A DNA stretch of 64,000 nucleotides, taken from the sequence record MN871445.1. The stretch is one strand, 5' to 3'. Position 1 is the first letter of the stretch, and each line of letters starts with the position of its first letter. The position numbers were made by a program, and so were the translations under genes. Of this stretch, positions 18,255 to 26,885 are shown piece by piece. A model generated the notes under the pieces. That model was given only the letters and a program-made list of their open reading frames with translations. It was not told where the DNA came from and ran no database searches.

Positions 18255-18548
18255 ATGAATGCATCATTGGCGTCAAACCTCAAAAAACTGGTTTCCTCCT
18301 TTTTGGAAGGTAAACCGATATCGGCTCGTCGTACATGGACAGTAGTGAACGACCTGAGATTGATTTATTTAAATCCAAAGAAGGCCAGACAGGCTTTGAA
18401 AGAACACAGTGGGCTTGACGAGTCCCAATTTCTTTCATTTTGTTCTGACTTAGTACAAGTCATGGTCAATAACCCAGGCCAACCCGATTCACAAACTTCA
18501 ACAGTTAAAAAATCGGATCTGGCTTTCTTTTGCAGGATGAGCCAATAA
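18255..18548 (+). CDS. Hypothetical protein
   Basis: GGAG SD, 97 aa. Confidence 0.6.
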   Translation: MNASLASNLKKLVSSFLEGKPISARRTWTVVNDLRLIYLNPKKARQALKEHSGLDESQFLSFCSDLVQVMVNNPGQPDSQTSTVKKSDLAFFCRMSQ

Positions 18549-18895
18549 TGCACTATACCCAGACAAGAATACTCACTGAAAAAATCCACGACTTTCTGGA
18601 AAGCGGGGAATACCACCGGACCCCCAATCAAGCAATATTTGATGCGGATGGGTTAAATAGCGAAAGGCGACTTCCCGATATTTTACATCCTGTGTGGTCG
18701 GGTAAAAATGCCAAACAGCTATTCGATGCGTTGGAATTGTTTATCTCAACAGATGTTCCTGTAGGCCCGGCCATTATTTTGGGGTGTGAAGGAACTGACT
18801 ACACTGTTCGGATTTTACAGAATAATCGATTAAGTATCGATGTCGTGGTAGGCACCCCACTCGGGATTATCCCGTTGAGATTGGAAAGGATTTAA
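18548..18895 (+). CDS. Hypothetical protein
   Basis: TAATG coupling; C-terminal SIDVVVGTPLG resembles 17885..18232. Confidence 0.65.
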   Translation: MHYTQTRILTEKIHDFLESGEYHRTPNQAIFDADGLNSERRLPDILHPVWSGKNAKQLFDALELFISTDVPVGPAIILGCEGTDYTVRILQNNRLSIDVVVGTPLGIIPLRLERI

Positions 18896-18899
18896 CTTA

Positions 18900-18935
18900 G
18901 GGAGAGGCTTCGGCCTCTCCCCCCATTACTTTTTT
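18900..18935 (+). terminator. Intrinsic terminator
   Basis: GGGAGAGGC-TTCG-GCCTCTCCC, with T-tract at 18930-18935. Confidence 0.8.
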
Positions 18936-18961
18936 ATTTTTTGTTTTAATGGAGGTTTATT

Positions 18962-19468
18962 ATGGTTGAAGTAAAGTTGCAAGTAACCTACGAATCAGAA
19001 TTACTCCCACCAGTTTATGTTACCGACCATCTGTATTTAGGTGAATCTGGTGCATGCATCATTTACATGCTAGGCACTGAAATTAACGGGATGTTTATTC
19101 GATACGCTACCGCAGATGCTCCTCAAACACTCGAGAACATTATTAAACTGGGTGCGGCTACCAATTCCCTGGTTAAAGCTTATGCCGGTAATACGGCGCA
19201 GCCTGTGATTGTTATTACAGGCACTTTAACCGCTGATGTTTTTGCATCGAAAGAAATGAAATTGACATCAGTGGCGCTGCGCATGGGTGCAATCATATTT
19301 GCCAAAGCAGACTACCTCGGCACTTATCCGCCAAGCAAAACCGCAACACCATCCCAACAGTACCTTTGCTTTGACGCCAGTATGTCTAGCGATTACGTTA
19401 CTGCCGCGGTGGAGCAGGTAGTCGCAGTTAATCTTAAGAAAGCCATTATTGCTAAGTTCTATAGTTAA
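18962..19468 (+). CDS. Hypothetical protein
   Basis: GGAGG SD, 168 aa. Confidence 0.7.
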   Translation: MVEVKLQVTYESELLPPVYVTDHLYLGESGACIIYMLGTEINGMFIRYATADAPQTLENIIKLGAATNSLVKAYAGNTAQPVIVITGTLTADVFASKEMKLTSVALRMGAIIFAKADYLGTYPPSKTATPSQQYLCFDASMSSDYVTAAVEQVVAVNLKKAIIAKFYS

Positions 19469-19507
19469 CGGCATAAAAGGGAGGGCGAAAGCCCTCCCAA
19501 TATGTTG
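19465..19507. terminator. Bidirectional terminator; exact inverted copy of 56016-56058
   Basis: GGCATAAAA-GGGAGGGC-GAAA-GCCCTCCC-AATATGTT between convergent genes. Confidence 0.9.
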
Positions 19508-19509
19508 TC

Positions 19510-21051
19510 TTACATCCACTCTGGATTATGGTCAGGCGCATCAGAACCAAATTTCTTCTGTGAGCGGTCTGCACCATTGATATCATCCGGTATACACCCA
19601 AACTCAGCAAAGGGCAGTACACAGTAATGGTCTTCCGGAGGGGTGGGTAGTGGTTTACGATGTTTGCCGCGATGGATGGTCAAGAATGACTTACCATAAA
19701 GCACCTCGATGTGCAGTAGGATTTCTAAGTCTACTTCTTGCTGTAATACCTTACAACTATCCCAATACCCTTTCTTCGCAATTTGTTTTACGAAATCATC
19801 CGTGTTCATTCGAAGTAGGTTGTACGCCTCGGACGAAATCTGGTGCGGCGTAATAAACGCAATTCCTTTAGGGTTTGTGTACGAACGGATTATCCTAAAC
19901 AACTCACGCACATCCCCACCAATTGTACTTGCATGACATCCTTGTTTAGAACACATGTTTAAATAGTCAAATACAATTGCGTGAATTTCATATCCCTGAG
20001 ATTCATAAAACTTAATGATCTGAAATATTTTATCGTACGTGGTAGTTGGGCCGTTCAGTCGAATGAATTCGACATTATAGCCAGTACGTGTTAACTTATC
20101 CATAACGTAGTCAGCAATTTCCTGATAACGTTGAGGGTTGGTTTTTGCTTCCTCTTTTAATACATCTACATCCACCCTGGTTTGGAATTCATCTTCGTAT
20201 AGATGACAATACATGATGATCATATTGTCTTCTTGCGAGTTCTCCGTGGAGATATGCAACATGAGTGGTTTCTTTGCCGGGTCTAGCATGTATGGCGTGT
20301 TATGCATGCACATTTGTCTGAACATCGACAAAGTAAAACCTGTTTTAAAGTTGTTGGTCAATGCACCAACCACCACCATATCCCCTCGACGAATGCCTTT
20401 TAATTCACCCATCATGCGGTTGACGCCTTGCCACCCTAAAGTTAACACCCCCTCAGGTGAACTCTGCTCAACCGCTTTTTGTACCGCATCCGCCACCGCC
20501 CCTCTATTGTTAGAGCCAAATGAAGTTACTGCTTCAAATGCAGCTTTTACCGTAGTGGGTTTGATGGCATCTAGTTTATTCTGTAGTTCGGAGAAATACG
20601 TCGTCACATCCATGTTATCGAAATTAAACAAACAATCTCGTTGTGCTTGTTTAATAACAGAAGCAAATCTTGTCTTTTGTTGATAGCTTTCTAGCTCAGC
20701 ACGTATTTCACTAATTTTAATTTCTAACTCTTCTTGGGTTTCCGGTTCCATTAAACCCAACCTGAAACTGTCCCACAGCGAGTCATCTCCCTTGATGTTT
20801 ATACGTATCCTTTGAAGCAGCCCCGTATGGTCATAAGTATGTTCCAACGGTTGGTCTACCATCCATAACACCGTCTTACGTAGCTCATTCTGTGAAAGTT
20901 TGCTGTCGTCTAGGTCGTAAGCATTCTCGGATACCTTGATACCGTTAACAATCTCCCTCACCAACACCGCTGAGTTATCATATTGAGATAGGCGTCTTGA
21001 TTCCAAATAAAGCAAAGTTATGCTGCGAACCAGTAAAAGTTTGGCGTCCAC
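19510..21051 (-). CDS. dnaB: DnaB-like replicative helicase (phiKZ gp118-like)
   Basis: TLGWQGVNRMMG, variant Walker A GALTNNFKTG, ISTEN, Walker B AIVFDYLNM, FITPHQ, RGKHR. Confidence 0.9.
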   Translation of the reverse strand: MDAKLLLVRSITLLYLESRRLSQYDNSAVLVREIVNGIKVSENAYDLDDSKLSQNELRKTVLWMVDQPLEHTYDHTGLLQRIRINIKGDDSLWDSFRLGLMEPETQEELEIKISEIRAELESYQQKTRFASVIKQAQRDCLFNFDNMDVTTYFSELQNKLDAIKPTTVKAAFEAVTSFGSNNRGAVADAVQKAVEQSSPEGVLTLGWQGVNRMMGELKGIRRGDMVVVGALTNNFKTGFTLSMFRQMCMHNTPYMLDPAKKPLMLHISTENSQEDNMIIMYCHLYEDEFQTRVDVDVLKEEAKTNPQRYQEIADYVMDKLTRTGYNVEFIRLNGPTTTYDKIFQIIKFYESQGYEIHAIVFDYLNMCSKQGCHASTIGGDVRELFRIIRSYTNPKGIAFITPHQISSEAYNLLRMNTDDFVKQIAKKGYWDSCKVLQQEVDLEILLHIEVLYGKSFLTIHRGKHRKPLPTPPEDHYCVLPFAEFGCIPDDINGADRSQKKFGSDAPDHNPEWM

Positions 21052-21083
21052 ATTACGCTCCGTATTTTTTGAGGGGTTAGAAC

Positions 21084-21632
21084 ATGAATGTTATTCCCAC
21101 TTCCAGTCGGATTGGCATCGCACTTATCCCGCCGCGTCTGTCTGATGGGTTATTAAATGAGTCTGATATTCAATGTCTGGATAGTTTTTCCGATCTGAAC
21201 GAACTATCAGGTATACTATCGGATGAAGATGTAGCTTATTACTTGTGGTACAATTCTCGCATTGGCGATTTCATGCCGGGATTTTCCGCTTCTGATTTCG
21301 TATGTGTAATTAATGACTCACGTATTTCTTCGTGGGTTCTCGAACACCAGACGGTGTATGACCGTGTGGCCAAGGAATCTGAGGCTAAATATAGTATAGC
21401 TGCAGGTGGCAGTAGACGCGCACTCGCAGTTGACTATGGCGGTGGGTGTTATTACGCTCCCATTCTGTCATCAGGTGTGCTGTATCTGGTCGGTACGGAA
21501 TCCGACCCTTATGAAGGCAGTGCTAGCCATTTCTATGATGCGGTATTAGCGCAACTTTCCAAAGTTGTACGTGTATCTGATTTGGCTCAGTATGATGTTT
21601 TTGACAAGTTTGTCATGGCAGAGCAGGCATAA
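21084..21632 (+). CDS. Conserved hypothetical protein upstream of capsid
   Basis: 182 aa, GAGGGG SD. Confidence 0.7.
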   Translation: MNVIPTSSRIGIALIPPRLSDGLLNESDIQCLDSFSDLNELSGILSDEDVAYYLWYNSRIGDFMPGFSASDFVCVINDSRISSWVLEHQTVYDRVAKESEAKYSIAAGGSRRALAVDYGGGCYYAPILSSGVLYLVGTESDPYEGSASHFYDAVLAQLSKVVRVSDLAQYDVFDKFVMAEQA

Positions 21633-21650
21633 AGGTGTAACTGACCTGAA

Positions 21651-21659
21651 ATAGTATGC
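21651..21659 (+). promoter_or_regulatory. Late promoter candidate ATAGTATGC (capsid)
   Basis: Identical to 1808-1816 and 42680-42688. Confidence 0.65.
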
Positions 21660-21687
21660 GCTGATATCGCACGTATGTGCATGTGTT

Positions 21688-21707
21688 TTTTCAATACGTA
21701 TTGAAAA
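21688..21707. repeat. Perfect 20-bp palindrome in the capsid leader
   Basis: TTTTCAATACGTATTGAAAA. Confidence 0.9.
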
Positions 21708-21731
21708 CCCTTATGTATAAAGGATGAAAAA

Positions 21732-23927
21732 ATGTCCCGACTCTCGAATAACACCGACTTCACCGCCAACTCTGACTTGGTCAAAGCAATCGGCGGTACC
21801 CTGTCTACTCAGGGAGCCCAGCTGGTTCCGAATCAACTGACCCAAGCGGTCATTTCTATGGAAGGTTTTGCGGACGAATCCGTGCGTAACAACGTACAGA
21901 TGTCGGCGGCTAACCTGCGTAACACCATCAAACAGTGTTTTGATACTGTTGGTAAAACTCGCGGCCTGAACTACAAACTGAGCGAACAGCAGCTGGAAGC
22001 GGCAGCCATCGTTGCGGCAGCACGCCCACGCGCTAAAGACTTTGCTCTGGCGTCCCGTTCTGGTCAGATTTCTCTCGAAGGCATCGATCTGCCAGCATCC
22101 GGTACCGCGTTCGGTTCCCTGAACTTCCGCGCGCCGAGCGAAGCCCTGGTCTCCATGGAAGCGTTCGACAACTCCGAACTGCAGAAAGGCATCGACGTTT
22201 CCGTCGTCTTCAACGCCCTGGCCGTTGGCCAGTCTCCGTTCAACGAAGAATGGTTCCCGCCGGTTGTGGGTACTCCGGATGAAATCGTATTCCGCATCAA
22301 TGTGCCGCGTATCCTGGTACAGAACGAATACATTCCGCCGAACCTGTCCGGTGACCCGGCCGACTTCAAAAAGAAAAACCTGATCCGCGCAGCGCTGGAT
22401 TACACGATCCTGATGAACAACTCTACTGAGATTGTTCCGATCTATCGTACCGGTGTTAACACCGACAAATTCGTTAACCTGGCACTGATCGGCGGCCAGC
22501 CGCTGAAAGCTATGGTTGGCGCTGTTGAAGTTGATACCGCCCCGCTGAAACCGGGCGTTAAAGTATCTCTGCTGAACCTGGCGTCCAACGAAGCCCTGAA
22601 ACTGGCTGGCGTTGTGAGCGAAACTGATGCTGTTGAACCAAAAGTGTCTCTGAAAAACCTGTACGTCCTGGTGACTGACAGTTCTTCGAGCGCTGGCGCT
22701 TCTTCCGTTATCAAATTCAAAGTCAAAGATTATCCGCGCGCCGGTTTCTTCAAACCGATGCAGGGTAACATCCGTGAGATGGACCTGGCCTTCCGTTCCG
22801 ACGTGCTGACCATCAAACCGGATACCAAAGACATCGCAGGCGCAGCACCGACTGCCCTGGCTGCACTGATCTCCGCAGGCTACACCCTGCGTCTGGACGC
22901 GTCCCTGAACGGCGACCTGAACATGGAAACCAGCAACCTGACTACTCAGGCTGGCGCGGTAACTGCCGCCTCCATGCTGGATGAAGATGGTAAAGCACTG
23001 TCTCTGGACAGCACCGAAGCTACTGCCATCCTGGATAACCTGACCTTTGCCGTACTGGGCTTCGACCTCGACGCTCGTCGTACCAACAGCAACCTGCGTA
23101 CCAAAGGCCTGATCCTGAACCCGGATATGGAACAGCGTCCGTACTACGTTCCGCTGAACGCACCGCTGGTGTCTCAGACTCCGATCGGTCAGGAACAGCT
23201 GGGCCTCGACCTGAACGCACTGGTTCAGGGTGTGCATATCCAAATCGAAAACAACGCAGTTACCACTCTGCTGAGCTACGCTGAAAGCCTGAAAGACCGT
23301 TTCATTTCTTCCGAAGTGATCGATCTGTATCCGTCTTTCGAAGCCGTCGGCGAACTGCTGGTCGCACCGTACTTCAAAGAAATCACCATCGACATGGTGC
23401 TGGCTCTGAACTCAGTATCTTCTGCGAATCGTGTAAACGACATCCAGGGCGTACTGAACGCGGTTATCCGTCAGGAAATGGCTCACGTTCTGCGTGAAAC
23501 TGGTTATACCGTCGCACTGCGCGCAAACAACGGTGGCGCAATCGAAAACCCGCACGTTATCGCGGTAACTGACCTGCTCCTGGAACGTTATCTGATGACC
23601 AACGGTGACGACCGTTACCTGGGCACCAACGCATCCTTCAGCGTCACCGCTGTAAGCGACCTGCGTATGCGTGACACCATCTTCCTGAGCTTCGGCCGTA
23701 AAGCCACTGGCAAACACGACCCGCTGACCTTCGGTAACATGCTGTACATTCCGGAGCTGTCAGTTTCTGCACAGGTCAACCGTAACGGCGCAACCATCTC
23801 TGAACGTCAAGTTCAGCCGCGTTTCCGCCACGTAGTTAACCTGCCGATCCTGGTGAAAATCAACGTCACCCGTCTGGCAGAAGCATCTCAGGATGCAGCT
23901 ATCATTTACAACAAACCGCAGGCCTAA
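21732..23927 (+). CDS. Major capsid protein precursor (phiKZ gp120-like)
   Basis: 731 aa; protease sites ISME, ISLE, VSME (E143); extreme high-expression codon bias; helicase-hypothetical-capsid synteny. Confidence 0.92.
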   Translation: MSRLSNNTDFTANSDLVKAIGGTLSTQGAQLVPNQLTQAVISMEGFADESVRNNVQMSAANLRNTIKQCFDTVGKTRGLNYKLSEQQLEAAAIVAAARPRAKDFALASRSGQISLEGIDLPASGTAFGSLNFRAPSEALVSMEAFDNSELQKGIDVSVVFNALAVGQSPFNEEWFPPVVGTPDEIVFRINVPRILVQNEYIPPNLSGDPADFKKKNLIRAALDYTILMNNSTEIVPIYRTGVNTDKFVNLALIGGQPLKAMVGAVEVDTAPLKPGVKVSLLNLASNEALKLAGVVSETDAVEPKVSLKNLYVLVTDSSSSAGASSVIKFKVKDYPRAGFFKPMQGNIREMDLAFRSDVLTIKPDTKDIAGAAPTALAALISAGYTLRLDASLNGDLNMETSNLTTQAGAVTAASMLDEDGKALSLDSTEATAILDNLTFAVLGFDLDARRTNSNLRTKGLILNPDMEQRPYYVPLNAPLVSQTPIGQEQLGLDLNALVQGVHIQIENNAVTTLLSYAESLKDRFISSEVIDLYPSFEAVGELLVAPYFKEITIDMVLALNSVSSANRVNDIQGVLNAVIRQEMAHVLRETGYTVALRANNGGAIENPHVIAVTDLLLERYLMTNGDDRYLGTNASFSVTAVSDLRMRDTIFLSFGRKATGKHDPLTFGNMLYIPELSVSAQVNRNGATISERQVQPRFRHVVNLPILVKINVTRLAEASQDAAIIYNKPQA

Positions 23928-23941
23928 TCGCCACGGTAGTT

Positions 23942-23980
23942 GCATAGACCTAGGGAGGGCGAAAGCCCTCCCTTTTATGC
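23942..23980 (+). terminator. Intrinsic terminator, two-tier hairpin
   Basis: GCATA-GACCT-AGGGAGGGC-GAAA-GCCCTCCCT-TT-TATGC. Confidence 0.9.
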
Positions 23981-23993
23981 CGCCACTGTAATG

Positions 23994-24017
23994 AAAATCT
24001 TTATAAACCTATATTAC
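23994..24017 (+). promoter_or_regulatory. Early promoter candidate
   Basis: AAAATCTTTATAAACCTATATTAC upstream of the operon with the non-virion RNAP subunit, which must be expressed early. Confidence 0.75.
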
Positions 24018-24114
24018 TAAATTGTCTAGTAATAAAGAGATTGACTTAGCATCAATTTGTTGTTCAGCCCATACGAGTATAGGAGACAAAATAATTCATT
24101 CGGAGGTATAATGA

Positions 24115-25188
24115 ATGTCTAATGGGTGGTACATGTCCATCCCTGAGTATCATGTCATGGAATCCGCCCAGGTCTCCACAGATACTCAGGTCGTGAGGAA
24201 CAATACCGAAGGGTATAAAAAAACAGTTAAGTATTATAACTATACTGGAGCTAAGTTATACGTTGTCGATCGTGCTGGATTTGCTACTGAGTTGCCACCT
24301 GCTTTAGACTATCTTCCAGATACTGAATCTCGTGGGTTAATTGTTGTTGCAACTTATGAATTGGGAATGCACAGTAGAGCCATTCCCAGGCCTTTATTGT
24401 TGCAGGACAATAAAGTGGGCATGGTCATTAGTAAAATAACTGGGCAGTTGCAAGAGAAAAGCCAATACGTCAATGGGAGGCGAACAGCGGATGTAAAGTA
24501 TGTTATTCCAGGAAATGAAATACATACCAGGGCGACGGTCTATTTACGAGATTTAGATATTCTGGTAACCACCATCACCCCACAGCCCGGATACGGGCAT
24601 CCGTACGAATATGCACAATCTCAATTTGATAGTTTATATCGAGATAGTGATACGAACGAAGTGCACACGTTCAGCCTTAAGATGAAAATAGTAAATGCTA
24701 ATAGCGTACCAACGAAATACTATTTAAATATTAACGGCAGGATATATTGCGTCAGGTCTTGTCGAGACTTGAAATTAGCAGATGGGATTTATCTGGAGGA
24801 CTCTCAACGAGTATTAGAGGGGAGTTTAACCGTACCGACAATTGTACACTACAACACCTTAGCGGATTACAATAAAGCATGTAAGGAAGATGAAACATTA
24901 CTCCCCTTGTATGCTAATTACGAAACAGCACTAACCTATGGCGATCTCGAAGCCAGAAGAAAGGAAGAAGAAAACCGACTAAAACATGAACAGACCCTAA
25001 CTGAGCAACGAATAAAACATGAACAAGCCATGAGCGAGTTAAGGGCCAAACAAGAACAAGCCGCGCTAAACAACAGAATAAAGGAACGTGAATATTTAAA
25101 CGATAACCTAAATCTTTATGTCAAGGTAATATTAGCCACAGTTGGATTAGTTGCTAGTATTGTTAAATTATCGCAACCATCAAAATAA
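24115..25188 (+). CDS. Conserved hypothetical protein with coiled coil and C-terminal hydrophobic anchor
   Basis: GGAGG SD; RLKHEQTLTEQ/RIKHEQAMSEL/RAKQEQAALNN repeats, then a hydrophobic tail. Confidence 0.75.
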   Translation: MSNGWYMSIPEYHVMESAQVSTDTQVVRNNTEGYKKTVKYYNYTGAKLYVVDRAGFATELPPALDYLPDTESRGLIVVATYELGMHSRAIPRPLLLQDNKVGMVISKITGQLQEKSQYVNGRRTADVKYVIPGNEIHTRATVYLRDLDILVTTITPQPGYGHPYEYAQSQFDSLYRDSDTNEVHTFSLKMKIVNANSVPTKYYLNINGRIYCVRSCRDLKLADGIYLEDSQRVLEGSLTVPTIVHYNTLADYNKACKEDETLLPLYANYETALTYGDLEARRKEEENRLKHEQTLTEQRIKHEQAMSELRAKQEQAALNNRIKEREYLNDNLNLYVKVILATVGLVASIVKLSQPSK

Positions 25189-25199
25189 GGGGATTGTGA

Positions 25200-26825
25200 A
25201 TGGACCCGAAATTACAAGGTATCATTCAACAAGACGTTAAACCATTTAATCGTGTTATCGTAGATGGTTTCGCTGTCCGTGAGGCTGAAAAAGTGGAGGC
25301 GTATATTGATTCCATTTGGCGTAGTGCGGAAAAGCGATTCCCCGAAAAGCTGAAATATAAAGGTTATACTCGATGCACCCCGCTGGAAGAGTATCATGAA
25401 GTTACGCGCAAAAGACAAAAACAAACGTTCGAGTTGTCTCAGTCTGATGTGTACATGGTTCGCTACCATTTAGAATGGGATGGTAAACCTTTACCTAGTA
25501 AGTGCATGTATCTGCCGTATGTTCGCCAGGCGGGAACCATGCGGGTCTATGGCTCAACGTATACCGTCAGCCCAGTGTTGGCCGATGTGGTGTTTTCGGT
25601 AGTTAAAGATACCGTCTTCATCCCACTACCCTGCGCAAAACTGACCTTTGAACGGATTAGCCATTCGTACTTCGCCAACGAAATGGTGCAGACCAACTAT
25701 GTTCCTTGTTCGGGTATTCACAACCAATATGGAAAAGGTGCAGTAAGAAATGGGGGCACGGGCCCTGGGACTAACATCGACGGTGTGACTTCCCTGGTGC
25801 ACTATTTCTTCTGTAAATATGGATTCACTCAAACATTCGAACGTTTCATTGGTACCGTACCGATTCTGAATGACGGCCCGTTCGATCCAAAACAATTCCC
25901 CATGGATGAGTGGATCATCTGTCGTAGCATCGGCGGGATGAAACCAAAAGGATTGAAGGTCAGCCCCAAAACGTATGTACCATCAAATATTCACCTAGCA
26001 ATCCGTAAAGAAGACTTTACGCCAATTGTTCGGGAATTTATTGCCAGTTTCTTCTATATCCTGGATTATTTCCCTGACCGTATTTTACCGGAACGGGAAT
26101 ACATCGATGAAACTAGGTTGTGGCGCATTTTGTTAGCCAAGTTCATCTGGAACGGAAATTCCAACGAAGGTAAATTGTCCGACGAGATAGACAGTCATAT
26201 TCGGTCACTGGATGATTATATCGATCCAGAAGCTCAGCAAATATTGGCCGATGGTAATATCTTCGTCGAAGATTTCTATGAGTTTTGTTTTAAAGTTATG
26301 TTGCTCATGGGTGATCTTATTCGACATACCGACACCTCGGACATGTATGACAAACGACTAACAGTACTACGATATTTGATGTTTGATATCGTAACGGCGA
26401 TATTTAAGTTTAGTTGGGTGTTCAATAATGCCAAAAAGGAGTTCACCGAAAAAGATATTATTAACGCAATGAATGCTCATCTCAAACCGGACCTTATATT
26501 GAATATAAGAAAAGACCACGGGGAGTGTAGCAATATCACCACCCCAGGCGATAATTATTTCTTCCGTATGACGAGCAACTTGGTACTCCAAGCCGATGCG
26601 ACGCCTAAAGGAAGACGTAATTCAAAATCCTCGGTCTCCGATCCATCAAAACTATTAAGTGCTTCAATCGTCGAGGTTGGTAGTTTTAGGAATTTACCTA
26701 AAGCAGAACCTACCGGACGTACGCGCGCAAACCCACGCGTACAAATCGCTTCTGATGGGACCATTGTTCGGGATGAGTCGCGTCGAGAGCTACTGGATGG
26801 AATCCAGAAAAAGATCCAACGGTAA
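25200..26825 (+). CDS. rpoB: Non-virion RNA polymerase beta subunit, N-terminal part (phiKZ gp123-like)
   Basis: MYLPYV...GSTYTVSPVLAD and SIVEVGSFRNLPKAEPTGRTRANP correspond to beta N-terminal conserved regions. Confidence 0.88.
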   Translation: MDPKLQGIIQQDVKPFNRVIVDGFAVREAEKVEAYIDSIWRSAEKRFPEKLKYKGYTRCTPLEEYHEVTRKRQKQTFELSQSDVYMVRYHLEWDGKPLPSKCMYLPYVRQAGTMRVYGSTYTVSPVLADVVFSVVKDTVFIPLPCAKLTFERISHSYFANEMVQTNYVPCSGIHNQYGKGAVRNGGTGPGTNIDGVTSLVHYFFCKYGFTQTFERFIGTVPILNDGPFDPKQFPMDEWIICRSIGGMKPKGLKVSPKTYVPSNIHLAIRKEDFTPIVREFIASFFYILDYFPDRILPEREYIDETRLWRILLAKFIWNGNSNEGKLSDEIDSHIRSLDDYIDPEAQQILADGNIFVEDFYEFCFKVMLLMGDLIRHTDTSDMYDKRLTVLRYLMFDIVTAIFKFSWVFNNAKKEFTEKDIINAMNAHLKPDLILNIRKDHGECSNITTPGDNYFFRMTSNLVLQADATPKGRRNSKSSVSDPSKLLSASIVEVGSFRNLPKAEPTGRTRANPRVQIASDGTIVRDESRRELLDGIQKKIQR

Positions 26826-26843
26826 TGCTCCTTTCGTAGGGGG

Positions 26844-26854
26844 TATTACTAAAT
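26844..26854 (+). promoter_or_regulatory. Early promoter core candidate
   Basis: TATTACTAAAT identical to 24012-24022; flanked by GGGGG/CCCCC. Confidence 0.45.
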
Positions 26855-26885
26855 CCCCCCACAACCACGTTTACGGGATAAAATT

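Noticed and set aside
21711-23243. 510-aa antisense ORF over the capsid gene
   Set aside because: Codons are in register with the capsid frame; antisense stops need TTA/CTA/TCA, which the biased capsid gene avoids. No SD or recognisable motif.
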